32,000 bases of DNA, from assembly GCA_025340205.1 (NCBI GenBank), contig CP006868.1, positions 240,001 through 272,000 of the forward strand. The letters run 5' to 3'. The notes under the pieces were generated by a model. The model ran no database searches. It was not told where the DNA came from and saw only the letters and a program-made list of their open reading frames with translations. Source of the DNA: Ignicoccus pacificus DSM 13166. GTDB lineage: Archaea > Thermoproteota > Thermoprotei_A > Sulfolobales > Ignicoccaceae. Shown piece by piece: positions 19,326 through 28,325 of this stretch. A program made the translations under genes and the position numbers. Numbering within the stretch: the stretch's first letter is position 1; each line of letters begins with the position of its first letter.

Positions 19326-19898
19326 CCAAGTCCTCTTTAGATACTCTATTAGCTTTTGGGAGACGAAGGGCTTCCCGTCTATTACCGGATACCAGTACGG
19401 TATCTCCTCATATCCCTCCATTCCGGGCATTGAAGGCATCTTTACCCTAAGTCCTTTCATTATTTCTATCTCCTCTAACCTCTTTCCTCTTGATATCAAG
19501 TAAGCCACAGCACAAGCCCCGTCTATCGTGAACTGACCCTCTCCTATGTTCCTGACCAACACATCCCTTGGGAGCCTTGATGTTAATTCTCTCCAAGTCC
19601 TTCCCTTTGGAGGATGAGATCCGAGGATCCCTCCCACTATCACAGTTCCTCTAGCCTCCTCCGGCTCTAGAGCCTTCTTTCCCTTTGGATCCAAAACCAC
19701 CCAAGGCCTCGGCAACCTTCCCAAGATCTCCACTACGCTCCTCTCCTCAAAGGCTATTCCTAAGCTCCTCAAGAACTCCTTGAGCTCGGGATGCTTGACA
19801 TTGGTTATTAAGAGATCTTTGCCGAGAAGTTGGAAGGCGTGCTCATACTCAATAAAAAGCCACTCGCTCGGCTCCTCCAAGTTCTCTATTACTATCAT
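19317..19898 (-). CDS. Predicted SPOUT-class methyltransferase, Sfm1-like (archaeal DUF431-type)
   Basis: [27 protein letters not shown]...[44 protein letters not shown]...[17 protein letters not shown]. Confidence 0.7.
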   Translation of the reverse strand: MIVIENLEEPSEWLFIEYEHAFQLLGKDLLITNVKHPELKEFLRSLGIAFEERSVVEILGRLPRPWVVLDPKGKKALEPEEARGTVIVGGILGSHPPKGRTWRELTSRLPRDVLVRNIGEGQFTIDGACAVAYLISRGKRLEEIEIMKGLRVKMPSMPGMEGYEEIPYWYPVIDGKPFVSQKLIEYLKRTWLL

Positions 19899-20725
19899 TC
19901 CTCCTCTTCCCCGAAGACGTCCTCCGTCTTCTTGGCGGCTTCCTCCATCTCCTTCACTACTTTCTCGGGGAGAGGCTCTATGTAGGCCCTTCCTCCTCTT
20001 ATCCTCAGCACCTTGTCATAGTACACTATTATGCCCTTGTCAGTTATGTCAAAGGGATGCCTCCTCATGTCGTGCTTGGTTCCTCTCATCTTCCACACTA
20101 TTAGGGATCTGTAGAGCTCACCGTCGTATTCGTCTAGGTCCATCCTGATTATTCCGTCTGCAGCGTGCTCCACTCCGGGACCTCCGAATCCCCTCTCGGT
20201 TGCGGACACTTGGCTCACCAGGATGCTGGTAACTCCTAGTCCGGAGAGCACCCTCTTTAGGTTCATTACCACGCTTCTAGCCACCACGGGCTTGGTTAGG
20301 TAAAGGGTGGAGACCGAGTCCACCGCTCCCCTCTTGGCTCCCGTGTCCCTTATGGCCTCCTTTATTACATCAATCAGCATGTGAACGTCGGTAGGATCCC
20401 TCACCACGTACTTCTCTCTCTTGGCCGCCTCCCCTATTCCTCCGGTGAAGGCGTCTATTATCGCGAACATACCCTTCTTCTCATACTTCCTAACGTCCCA
20501 TCCGAACTGGAGCATGTTTCTCCTTACTTGAACTGGATGTTCCTCTAAGGCAACGTAAATGCCGGGCTCCCCATGTTGTAAGCCGTACCAAAGGTACTGC
20601 TGAGAGAATATGGTCTTTCCGGTACCGGGACCTCCGCTTAGCAATACCACGTTTCTCTCAGGAATTCCCCCGTAAAGTATCTCGTCCATCCCGGGTATTC
20701 CGGTCTTCACCCTCTTGACTATCAA
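19895..20725 (-). CDS. KaiC-like RecA-superfamily ATPase
   Basis: [59 protein letters not shown]. Confidence 0.88.
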   Translation of the reverse strand: MIVKRVKTGIPGMDEILYGGIPERNVVLLSGGPGTGKTIFSQQYLWYGLQHGEPGIYVALEEHPVQVRRNMLQFGWDVRKYEKKGMFAIIDAFTGGIGEAAKREKYVVRDPTDVHMLIDVIKEAIRDTGAKRGAVDSVSTLYLTKPVVARSVVMNLKRVLSGLGVTSILVSQVSATERGFGGPGVEHAADGIIRMDLDEYDGELYRSLIVWKMRGTKHDMRRHPFDITDKGIIVYYDKVLRIRGGRAYIEPLPEKVVKEMEEAAKKTEDVFGEEEE

Positions 20726-20837
20726 GAAGCTCTACCCGTTTCAGTTAAGCGAACAGAGGCAAATAAGGGGAGGGCTCCTCAGAGGGATAAGTCAAGTCAC
20801 CGCTCCTTCCGGGCATGAGACATCATTGGAAAAAGGG

Positions 20838-21791
20838 TTACTCGAGACCGGTTATCTTCGCGTACATCTCCGCGAAGCTGGGAACTTCCACTCCTACAGA
20901 GGAGAAGAACCTCCTGATCTGCTGAATGTCGTGCCTTAGGAACTCGTCCGCGTAGGGATGGCTTATCGGTACAGCTTGGCTGACGTCTATTATCACTGGC
21001 TCTTCCTTCCAGTACATGATGTTGTACTCGTTTAGGTCGGCGTGAACTAGCTTAGCCTTCTGATACATCTTAACCATGTAATCATAGACCGTGTTGAATA
21101 TTTTGGTCCACTCCTCCACGTCGAGCTGGTTCTTGGGCTTGGCTAGCTCTACTAGCAAGGGCGCCCTTCTGCAACCCTCACCTATGAACTCCATTACCAA
21201 GACGTTCTTGTAAACGGCTATGGGCTTGGGAACCCTTATTCCAGCTTGCATCATCCTCTTTAGGTTCCTGAACTCCTTCCTCGCCCAAGCGTAGATGAGT
21301 CTCCTAAGGCCTCTGTTAGCTATCTGCTCGAACCTGGGGTCTCCGATGATGTACTTCCTTATGCTCTTCCTGAACTCGGCGGTGCTGGTTAGGTAAATCT
21401 TCACGGCTATGTCATTTCCTTCGGGGTCCTTGGCGCAGAAGACCCTAGCCTCCTTACCGGCGGAGATAGTTCCCAAGAGCTCTCCTATTACACCTCTTCT
21501 CATGAGCTCATAGACCGCCATCTGGGTGGACATATCGAATACTTCTTCTACGGTCTCGAAGAGGTCCTTGTCCTTCTGCCTCTTCAGGAATCTCCTCCTC
21601 TGAACTAACTCCTTGGGAATGGGCTCCTTTACTTTCTCTTCCTCCTCTTCTCCCTCCTCGACTAGGGGCTCTAGGGTCTCTTCCTCCTCTTCCTCTACCA
21701 CTTCCTCCTTCTGGACCTCCTCCTCGCTGGGCTTCTGCACCTCTTCTTCTACCTTAGTCATTATCTCCTCTACCTTCTTCTCCTCGGTCAT
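20838..21791 (-). CDS. rio1: RIO1-type serine/threonine protein kinase with acidic N-terminal extension
   Basis: GTISAGKEARVFCAKDPEGNDIAVKIY, LVHADLNEYNIMYW and VIIDVSQAVPISHPYADEFLRHDI; N-terminal ~60 aa Glu-rich. Confidence 0.93.
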   Translation of the reverse strand: MTEEKKVEEIMTKVEEEVQKPSEEEVQKEEVVEEEEEETLEPLVEEGEEEEEKVKEPIPKELVQRRRFLKRQKDKDLFETVEEVFDMSTQMAVYELMRRGVIGELLGTISAGKEARVFCAKDPEGNDIAVKIYLTSTAEFRKSIRKYIIGDPRFEQIANRGLRRLIYAWARKEFRNLKRMMQAGIRVPKPIAVYKNVLVMEFIGEGCRRAPLLVELAKPKNQLDVEEWTKIFNTVYDYMVKMYQKAKLVHADLNEYNIMYWKEEPVIIDVSQAVPISHPYADEFLRHDIQQIRRFFSSVGVEVPSFAEMYAKITGLE

Positions 21792-22192
21792 GCTCCCTCA
21801 CCTCCTTCCTCTTGCTCTTCCATAGCCATCTGCTGGGCGGTTGCGGCTATCTCCTCCTCGGTAATTCCAGCTAACTCAGCTATCTCCTTGGGAAGGAGGC
21901 CCTTAGCTAGGAGCCTCTTGAGCTCGTCCCTTTGGTAGCGGTAGGTGACGTCCGCCTTGTCGGGCTGGAAGTCCCAGATGGCAGCTATTACCACGTCTCC
22001 TTCCCTTATCCAGACCCTCCTCCTCATCCTTCCGGGTATTCTCGCCTTTCTTACCTTCTCGGGATCGTCTAGGCACCTAATGAGGACGTGATCGGCTCCT
22101 ATGATCCTCTCGACGACGCATAGGACCTCTCCTTCGCCGGGGAGGACTATCTCTTTGGTCCTTTCCGACCTAGGTCTCTTCTTCTTCGCCAA
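21788..22192 (-). CDS. eif1a: Translation initiation factor 1A (aIF1A)
   Basis: EGEVLCVVERIIGADHVLIRCLDDPEKVRKARIPGRMRRRVWIREGDVVIAAIWDFQPDKADVTYRY; ATGA overlap with rio1. Confidence 0.94.
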   Translation of the reverse strand: MAKKKRPRSERTKEIVLPGEGEVLCVVERIIGADHVLIRCLDDPEKVRKARIPGRMRRRVWIREGDVVIAAIWDFQPDKADVTYRYQRDELKRLLAKGLLPKEIAELAGITEEEIAATAQQMAMEEQEEGGEGA

Positions 22193-22326
22193 CTTGACAC
22201 CATGATTAGAGAGACAATGGATGGATTAAATATCTCGGGGGTTATCGCTTGGAGGACCCTTGAGGTCTTAGTTTTACCACTGAGAGCTTATTTTAGTCTC
22301 TTTGAGGGAAATAGAGCGGTGAGCTA

Positions 22327-23571
22327 TTGGGTGAAGAAGTAGCAAAGATCAAGTGTTGTTGCGCCGATGATGGGGCTTATTGCGAAAAACTGCTACCCCT
22401 CTGGAGGAACAAAGGAGATGCCATCATAGTTCTACTGGATAGTAAGGATGAATTATACGACACTGGTCCAGAAAAGCATAACATAGCAACCTCGGAGGTA
22501 GGAGAGGAAAAGGAGAAGATAATAGTCAAAATAAGCCAAGAGGTGACCCTTGATACTTTTCCGGTATTCGTGGAGATTGATGGATTGTTTTTGGATAAGG
22601 TGATTTGTAGAGGCGATTTAATTCTTCATAGCAGAGATGACAATAAGGTAATCTTGAAGGTCGAAAGAGATAACGAATGTCATCTCGGGAAGAGACTTTG
22701 GCTGCTTTGGAGTCTAAGGAGTAGAGGAGGAGCGTACTGGGGCTTAACTTTCTCTAATAATGGATACTTAGGAGTCGCCTCCAACTGTGCCTACATCGTA
22801 GATCCTCGCGGCGAGGTGGTAAGCGAACGATGTCCAGAAGAAGGACCAGTCAGAAACGTTTCCTATTGTTGCGGTAAGTTTGGGTTTGCGTATAAGAGCC
22901 ACGTTCTCATTTATGATCTGAAGGAAAACGAGTGGAAGGAGATTTATACAGGTTTTGTTGGAACTCGAGCAATAACGATGCTCGAAGATGGCTTCTTGGC
23001 TGGTTTCGATTATCTAGCGCACTTCGACTTCCATGGAAAAAAGAAATGGAAAGTTGATATACAATGGGTCGAAAACGGTCCCGTTGTTAACGAGAAGTAC
23101 GTTTATGTTCCACGAGCATATTGGCCACGCGAGAATCAGGGTGCGCTAACGATACTCAAGCTTTCAGATGGTAGTGAACTGAAGACGATAAAGTTCGATG
23201 AAATCGTATGGAACGTTCAGATATGCGGAAATCGCTTAGCTGTTGGAACAGTTCATAATGTCCATCTTTATGACATAAGTGATCTTTTAAACCCTCGTGA
23301 ACTTTGGAGGAGGAACGGGATTGCTACCGAGTGCGAGGTATCCACGTGTCATGGAGCGTGGAGCATAGCTTTCTCCCCAAATTGTAAGTACGTGGCGAGT
23401 AGCGATGTAAGGGACATGAAGATCCACATATTCGATGTAGAGACGGGCGAACAAGTGCTGGAGAAACGCTTTGGGAGCTATGCTAGGTCGGTTGCTTGGT
23501 GGAGGGATAGGCTGGTCGTCGGAATAGACTATAAGAGGCTTCATCTCTTCAAGGTAACCGGCTTCGACTGA
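22327..23571 (+). CDS. Beta-propeller (WD40/PQQ-like) repeat protein with Cys-containing N-terminal region
   Basis: 414 aa; AWSIAFSPNCKYVASSDVRDMKIHIFDVETGEQVLEKRF, VAWWRDRLVVGIDYKRLHLFKV; paralogous to 18471..19325; N-terminus KIKCCCADDGAYCEKLLPLW. Confidence 0.65.
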   Translation: MGEEVAKIKCCCADDGAYCEKLLPLWRNKGDAIIVLLDSKDELYDTGPEKHNIATSEVGEEKEKIIVKISQEVTLDTFPVFVEIDGLFLDKVICRGDLILHSRDDNKVILKVERDNECHLGKRLWLLWSLRSRGGAYWGLTFSNNGYLGVASNCAYIVDPRGEVVSERCPEEGPVRNVSYCCGKFGFAYKSHVLIYDLKENEWKEIYTGFVGTRAITMLEDGFLAGFDYLAHFDFHGKKKWKVDIQWVENGPVVNEKYVYVPRAYWPRENQGALTILKLSDGSELKTIKFDEIVWNVQICGNRLAVGTVHNVHLYDISDLLNPRELWRRNGIATECEVSTCHGAWSIAFSPNCKYVASSDVRDMKIHIFDVETGEQVLEKRFGSYARSVAWWRDRLVVGIDYKRLHLFKVTGFD

Positions 23572-23624
23572 ACCTTTCACTAAAATACCCTCAAACGACG
23601 GCTCAAAACCACTTGGTGTCTTAG

Positions 23625-23894
23625 TTGCTCAGAGAGGCGGCGGAGAGGATAAGGAGGCACCTAGGAGTTCACTTGGTTCAATTAAGGATCGAGGAAAACA
23701 GAGTGATAGTGAACGTCTTCATAGCTGAACGTCTGAAGCCGGGAGAGCTGGAGGAAACGATAATAGCTGCTAAGGATTCCAGCTTGATCTACCTAACCGC
23801 CTATGCAAACCTAAACCTCAAGCTTGTGAAAGAGGAGAGCGAGTGCTCTCAGGAGGGATGTTTGATCAAGTTAGTTTTCAAGATAGTTTCATAG
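23625..23894 (+). CDS. Small hypothetical protein
   Basis: 89 aa with TTG start; plausible alpha/beta composition (VHLVQLRIEENRVIVNVFIAERLKPGELEETIIAAKD); no recognised family. Confidence 0.4.
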   Translation: MLREAAERIRRHLGVHLVQLRIEENRVIVNVFIAERLKPGELEETIIAAKDSSLIYLTAYANLNLKLVKEESECSQEGCLIKLVFKIVS

Positions 23895-24052
23895 GCAAAG
23901 AGGAACGTGAAAATCTTGGAACAACTATTCCTAGATAACACTAGGCTCTTAGCATCGCGAGTACTATACCTCATCAAGGAATGTTAACAATGATGAGATC
24001 GTGAAGTGAGGTCTGAAGTTAATTAACCCTCTTTCCCTTCGCCTTTCATGAA

Positions 24053-24123
24053 GGCGGGCGGGATCAGAGACCTCGCGGTCTGTCATCCATCCACATAACC
24101 GAGCCTCATCATCCCCGCCCGCC
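24053..24123 (-). ncRNA. Candidate C/D-box sRNA with long GC closing stem (copy 1)
   Basis: Minus strand: GGCGGGCGGGG-AUGAUGA(C)-GGCUCGGUUAUG-UGGA-UGGAUGA(C')-CAGACCGCGAGGUCU-CUGA(D)-UCCCGCCCGCC. The ends can pair over 10-11 bp. Confidence 0.75.
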
Positions 24124-24717
24124 AATGTTCTCTGTCTTCCTAGAGGTAATCACGATAGAGAGTACATCGAAAGTGCTCCTTGAACTTCCTATTCACTCAT
24201 AAATAAACAAATACTCATCCCTTGGAATTACTCATAGAATTCATGGAGCGTACTCTTCATAGTGTCCAAGCGTAATATAAAATAAGTACAACTTAGTTCT
24301 TTCAACCACGTCTTTGAGGATGTGAAATGTTGGTACCTCTTTGTCCAAGAAGCCAACTCGTGATCATTGCGTCGTAGAGATATCAGCCTCGTGACACAAG
24401 ACTCCGAATACGGCAAGTTCCACTCCTACAAGTCTCAGCCATAACACCCCAGAGGAATCTTGTAAACTTGTTGAAGCTAATCCAATCGGTTAGAATATGG
24501 GAAGTTTTAGAAGTTCGTTTCTTGATCAATTCATCGGACATAGGGACACGTCATTAAAATGCTATTCAAGATCGATAGCAAGCTTGACTCTTAGAGCCAA
24601 GAGAACCGATTCACACAGTTCTCAAAAGCTTTACAGCTAAAGGTCTCTCAAAGGTATCAAGCAAAGATAAAGCTCTGTGTTAGGAGAATTCATCAGGACA
24701 TAGGTTGAGCCTCCATC

Positions 24718-25131
24718 TCAACGCAAGTAGAAATATAACCAAGTTCCCGCCCCAGCGATAAAGCCTATTAGAAACGAACGGAGAAGGTTGGACTTCGGCC
24801 TCTCCACTATTTCAATTGCCAGAGTGGAGATGCTTATTAAATCGTAGAAAAACAAGAACTTAGCTAGAAGGAGGAATTTCTCCAGAGGGCTATAGAGGCC
24901 CGCAACTAGGGTAACCAGCTGGGTAAGGAAGGAAAACTGAACTATTGCAAAGAACACTTCATCTTTCGTACTGCTTCTAGCAAATATTATTGATATAGAA
25001 TTGATCGTGGTTTGCGCTAGAAGCAAGGCTATCCAAGAGGCTTCTGATACGAAGGCCTCCTTAAGGAGGCTGAAGTAAGAGAAGAGTAAGATAGCGTAAG
25101 AGAGCAGCGCCTCCAGATTACCCTTCCTCAC
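24718..25131 (-). CDS. Hypothetical multi-pass membrane protein
   Basis: 137 aa with ~4 hydrophobic segments; GTG start overlapping the upstream small ORF. Confidence 0.5.
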   Translation of the reverse strand: MRKGNLEALLSYAILLFSYFSLLKEAFVSEASWIALLLAQTTINSISIIFARSSTKDEVFFAIVQFSFLTQLVTLVAGLYSPLEKFLLLAKFLFFYDLISISTLAIEIVERPKSNLLRSFLIGFIAGAGTWLYFYLR

Positions 25132-25249
25132 TCTTCTCTTCCTCCTTCTTGTTTTTGAGGAAGGCGTAGGCGACCGCTCCCAAACCTATCAGGATAAGGA
25201 GCACTGCCCACCACGGGAGCTCCTCTTCCTCGCTCCTCTTCTGAGGCAT
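25118..25249 (-). CDS. Small single-pass membrane protein (43 aa)
   Basis: Read manually: MPQKRSEEEELPWWAVLLILIGLGAVAYAFLKNKKEEEKSEEG*. Overlaps the start of the downstream membrane ORF by 14 nt. Confidence 0.45.
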   Translation of the reverse strand: MPQKRSEEEELPWWAVLLILIGLGAVAYAFLKNKKEEEKSEEG

Positions 25250-25473
25250 TCTTTCTTGCACCCCTTCTCATTGCTCGTATTAGTAGCACTTCAGTATAGC
25301 TTTGATTGCGTTATTAGGGGATGACATCAAAGATTGCTAATACAGACTCAAACACCTCATTATATGCAAAGTACCCACAGTATCTGGCGTAACTAAGGGC
25401 GATACGACCTTAGCTGAACTAATGTCGGGAGAATGAGCTTGAAGAAGACGACGAAATGCAATTAACTCTCTAA

Positions 25474-25674
25474 TTAAGGAAAGATTATGGTTGGGATTAA
25501 GCGTAAGTACTCTTTACACAAAACCTTGGAGGCATTCAGTATCTCAATTTCAACTACCTCTCCGTCCTTGAAGTGCACAATAGCGTTTCCTATTTCTTCT
25601 GCGTAATCGAGCTTATCAACGTCCTTGAGTTTAATCAAAAGGGTGTCGGTCTCCTTATCGTATTCAACACTCAT
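25474..25674 (-). CDS. DUF2283-like small protein
   Basis: MSVEYDKETDTLLIKLKDVDKLDYAEEIGNAIVHFKDGEVVEIEILNASKVL resembles DUF2283 (YDxExDxLYI...GxxxxxxxDGxIxGIEILxAS). Confidence 0.65.
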   Translation of the reverse strand: MSVEYDKETDTLLIKLKDVDKLDYAEEIGNAIVHFKDGEVVEIEILNASKVLCKEYLRLIPTIIFP

Positions 25675-26196
25675 ACCTCTCCCTCCTCGCCTTGTAGCAA
25701 GTTACTACTATTAGTTGATCACCTTTTTCTTCAAAGACCACCCTTAGCAAATACCTTTCGCCGAGAGTCTTTTGAGCTATCTTTCGACCGAACTTACCCT
25801 CAATTTACCCTCAATTACGCAGTCGGGTTCCAAAAGAGCGCGTACTACAACTATCTTGTTCAAGCCGTACTTTCTAATTCTATCTTCCGCGTGATTTGTG
25901 AACTTGACCTTCAAAGTTCTTCACTATTCGAAGGATGCGGTAAGGCTTAAGGAGGAATTTCTTGAGGTGCTACTTTGCGGTTAGTAATGCATCAAGGTTA
26001 GGGACAAGATCCGGGAGTGGGCTCGAACATGTTACGCAATTATTCACGTTCGCGGTTCCTTTTGTCCATACCTAGGATCCAGGAAGTTTAAGCCGATAGA
26101 GGTGGTCGTTGTGCCATTAGCAATAGCTTTAGTGATAAGGAAGCTCTTGTAATAGCGTTCAGCTAATTAATCTCAAAAATTCACTCTTCTCATGAA

Positions 26197-26272
26197 GGCG
26201 GGCGGGCCGGGATCAGAGTGTCAGCTGTCGATCATCAATCTCCACAGGGGGTTCTCATCATCCCCGCCCGCC
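26197..26272 (-). ncRNA. Candidate C/D-box sRNA with long GC closing stem (copy 2)
   Basis: Minus strand: GGCGGGCGGGG-AUGAUGA(C)-GAACCCCCUGUG-GAGA-UUGAUGA(C')-UCGACAGCUGACACU-CUGA(D)-UCCCGGCCCGCCCGCC. Box spacing is identical to copy 1. Confidence 0.78.
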
Positions 26273-26737
26273 AATGCCCCTAACTTCGGGAGAATAATCA
26301 CAATAAAGAGCAAGGCGAAACTAATCCTCAAAAATCCTTACTCATCTCCAAACAATCCGTTCCTCTTTCTTGGATTCTCCCTCATTCGAACATGCAATCA
26401 GCAGTTCGAGGATTTTCTTACGACTTCTACATCATACACAAGTGACACGACTAGATCAAATACGATCTCCTTGTTGATCAACTTGAACAGTTCTCGTGAA
26501 CATCTAGGTCATAGCATATCATCGATCCTTTCATTGAGGGGGTTCTACTCAAAGCTGACGCGTTCGGAAGGAGCTAATGGAACCCTCCATTACTCGAGAT
26601 CTCACTCACAATGAGATTATTCTGAGAGAAGTCGGGAAGAGTCAATCCCTAACTACCGGGGTATAGCCTAAACGTTCGCATGTGATTGGATCCATGCTTT
26701 TACCGCTGAGGGATCATTACTACGCTGGGTTCCAAGC

Positions 26738-27274
26738 TTGTCCCTCCTCGAAAAGGCAAAGGAAAAGCTAGAGGAACCAGCAAAGGACAACTTTATCAAA
26801 AAGAAAGTCGAGGACTCCATCTACGAGGCCTTCTTAGCGAAAAAGCTAGTTGAGGAAGGTCTTATCAGGAACGCTTGTGGGAAAGCCTTCCAAGCTTGGA
26901 AAGAATTGCTCTCAGCTCTCCTTTACTTGAAGAAGGACGAGATCTTAAAGCTATTGAAGGATGAAAGGCAGAAGGAGTGGTTCTTAAAGAAAGGAGTATA
27001 CGCTCCTAGTTCAAGGTTAAGTCCGTTGAGCAAGTTGCTGGAAGAAGTGGGCATAAGTGAGATCAGTCCTTGGACGGACAAGGCTCTACGGATTCATGCC
27101 TATCAATACCAAGGTCCAGATCCGGAAGGACTCTGGGGAGGGCCGGTTGATAAAGAAGATGCTTTGAAGGATATGGAAATGTTACTGAGAAAGTGGAAGG
27201 AGTATGTGAAGGAGTACTTTGAAAGCTATTTGGATGACGATCTGAAAGAGGTTCTAGAGCGCTCGATCAAGTAA
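26738..27274 (+). CDS. Hypothetical protein, possibly PaREP1/HEPN-like helical family
   Basis: 178 aa; EAFLAKKLVEEGLIRNACGKAFQAWKELLSALLYLKKDEI resembles the PaREP1 core helix pattern. Weak match. Confidence 0.4.
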   Translation: MSLLEKAKEKLEEPAKDNFIKKKVEDSIYEAFLAKKLVEEGLIRNACGKAFQAWKELLSALLYLKKDEILKLLKDERQKEWFLKKGVYAPSSRLSPLSKLLEEVGISEISPWTDKALRIHAYQYQGPDPEGLWGGPVDKEDALKDMEMLLRKWKEYVKEYFESYLDDDLKEVLERSIK

Positions 27275-27278
27275 CATT

Positions 27279-28325
27279 GTGTCTGTGAAAACCAAGGGGA
27301 CAAATGAGGTTCTCGACACTACCAGTTTCAAAACCTCACCTCTGCTTTCCGAGCGGGTAAGAGACTTGGAGTACGCTATAGTTGCAGAGAACTTGGTGAA
27401 GCGGTTCGGTCCCATAGTGGCGGTAAACGGAGTAACCTTCAAGGTGAAGAAGGGAGAGAGGTTCGGCTTCCTAGGCCCCAATGGAGCCGGAAAGACCACA
27501 ACCGTTCACATACTAACTACCTTGCTCAAGCCCGACGAAGGTAAGGCCTTGGTAGCGGGTCATGACGTAGTGAAGGAGGCTAGAGAAGTTAGGAAGAAGA
27601 TAGGAGTGGTCTTCCAAGACCCGGCCTTGGATACCCACCTAACCGCCTACGAGAACCTCTACATCCACGGAAGGCTCTACGGCCTCAGAGGGAAGGAGCT
27701 CAAGGAGAGAATTGAAGAAGTCTTGAAGTTCTTCGATCTCTACGAGCATAAAGACAGAGTAGTGAGGTTCTTCTCAGGAGGAATGAGGAGGAGGCTGGAG
27801 ATTGCTAGAGCTTTAATGCACAGGCCAGAGGTCCTCTTCCTCGACGAGCCCACCGTAGGCCTAGACCCCCAGTCTAGAGCGAAGGTATGGGATTACATAA
27901 GAGGTGTGAACGAGGAGTTCGGAATAACCGTATTCCTTACAACCCATTACATGGATGAGGCCGACAGGCTTTGCCACAGGATAGCCATAATCGACAGAGG
28001 AAAGATCATAGCTGAAGGGAGCCCCGATGAGTTAAAGAGGATGATTGGAAAGGAGATAATCTACGTGAAGACTGAGATAGAGCCGAAGTGTCCTGAGGAC
28101 TTCGAATGTGAGAAGAAGGACAACTTGTTGATAATAAAGGTTGAGAACGCCGCCAGAGCTCTGCCGAAGGTAATGGAACTGCTAACTCCCTACAAGATAC
28201 TGGAGGTCAACGTGAAGAGGCCTACGCTAGACGACGTCTTCTTAGAGCTCACCGGAAGGGAGCTGAGGGAGGAGGGAGCGGACACCTTCGGAATATTCAG
28301 GGCAGCTGCTAGGAGGTGGATGTAA
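27279..28325 (+). CDS. ABC transporter ATP-binding protein (DrrA/ABC-2 type)
   Basis: GFLGPNGAGKTTTVHILTTLLKPDEG, FSGGMRRRLEIARALMHRPEVLFLDEPTVGLDPQSR. The conserved N-terminus probably begins after the first ~30 residues of this ORF. Confidence 0.93.
   Translation: MSVKTKGTNEVLDTTSFKTSPLLSERVRDLEYAIVAENLVKRFGPIVAVNGVTFKVKKGERFGFLGPNGAGKTTTVHILTTLLKPDEGKALVAGHDVVKEAREVRKKIGVVFQDPALDTHLTAYENLYIHGRLYGLRGKELKERIEEVLKFFDLYEHKDRVVRFFSGGMRRRLEIARALMHRPEVLFLDEPTVGLDPQSRAKVWDYIRGVNEEFGITVFLTTHYMDEADRLCHRIAIIDRGKIIAEGSPDELKRMIGKEIIYVKTEIEPKCPEDFECEKKDNLLIIKVENAARALPKVMELLTPYKILEVNVKRPTLDDVFLELTGRELREEGADTFGIFRAAARRWM

Noticed and set aside
19317-20725. Sfm1-like SPOUT protein plus KaiC-like ATPase considered as a new defence or signalling pair
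   Set aside because: Both are common archaeal genes and the ATGA-type overlap reflects general gene packing; nothing specific supports a novel system.
24053-24123. GC-rich inverted repeat ends considered as a MITE or intrinsic terminator
   Set aside because: C, C' and D boxes sit at exact conserved spacing in both copies, and no target-site duplication is evident. A C/D sRNA explains more, though a mobile duplication mechanism is not excluded.
25573-25950. 125 aa plus-strand ORF
   Set aside because: Overlaps the DUF2283-like gene on the opposite strand and has no recognisable motif.
26192-26614. 140 aa plus-strand ORF (MKAGGPGSECQLSIINLHRG...)
   Set aside because: It begins inside the candidate sRNA on the opposite strand; composition (Ser/Asn-rich, no domain) is not like neighbouring proteins. 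Likely chance ORF.
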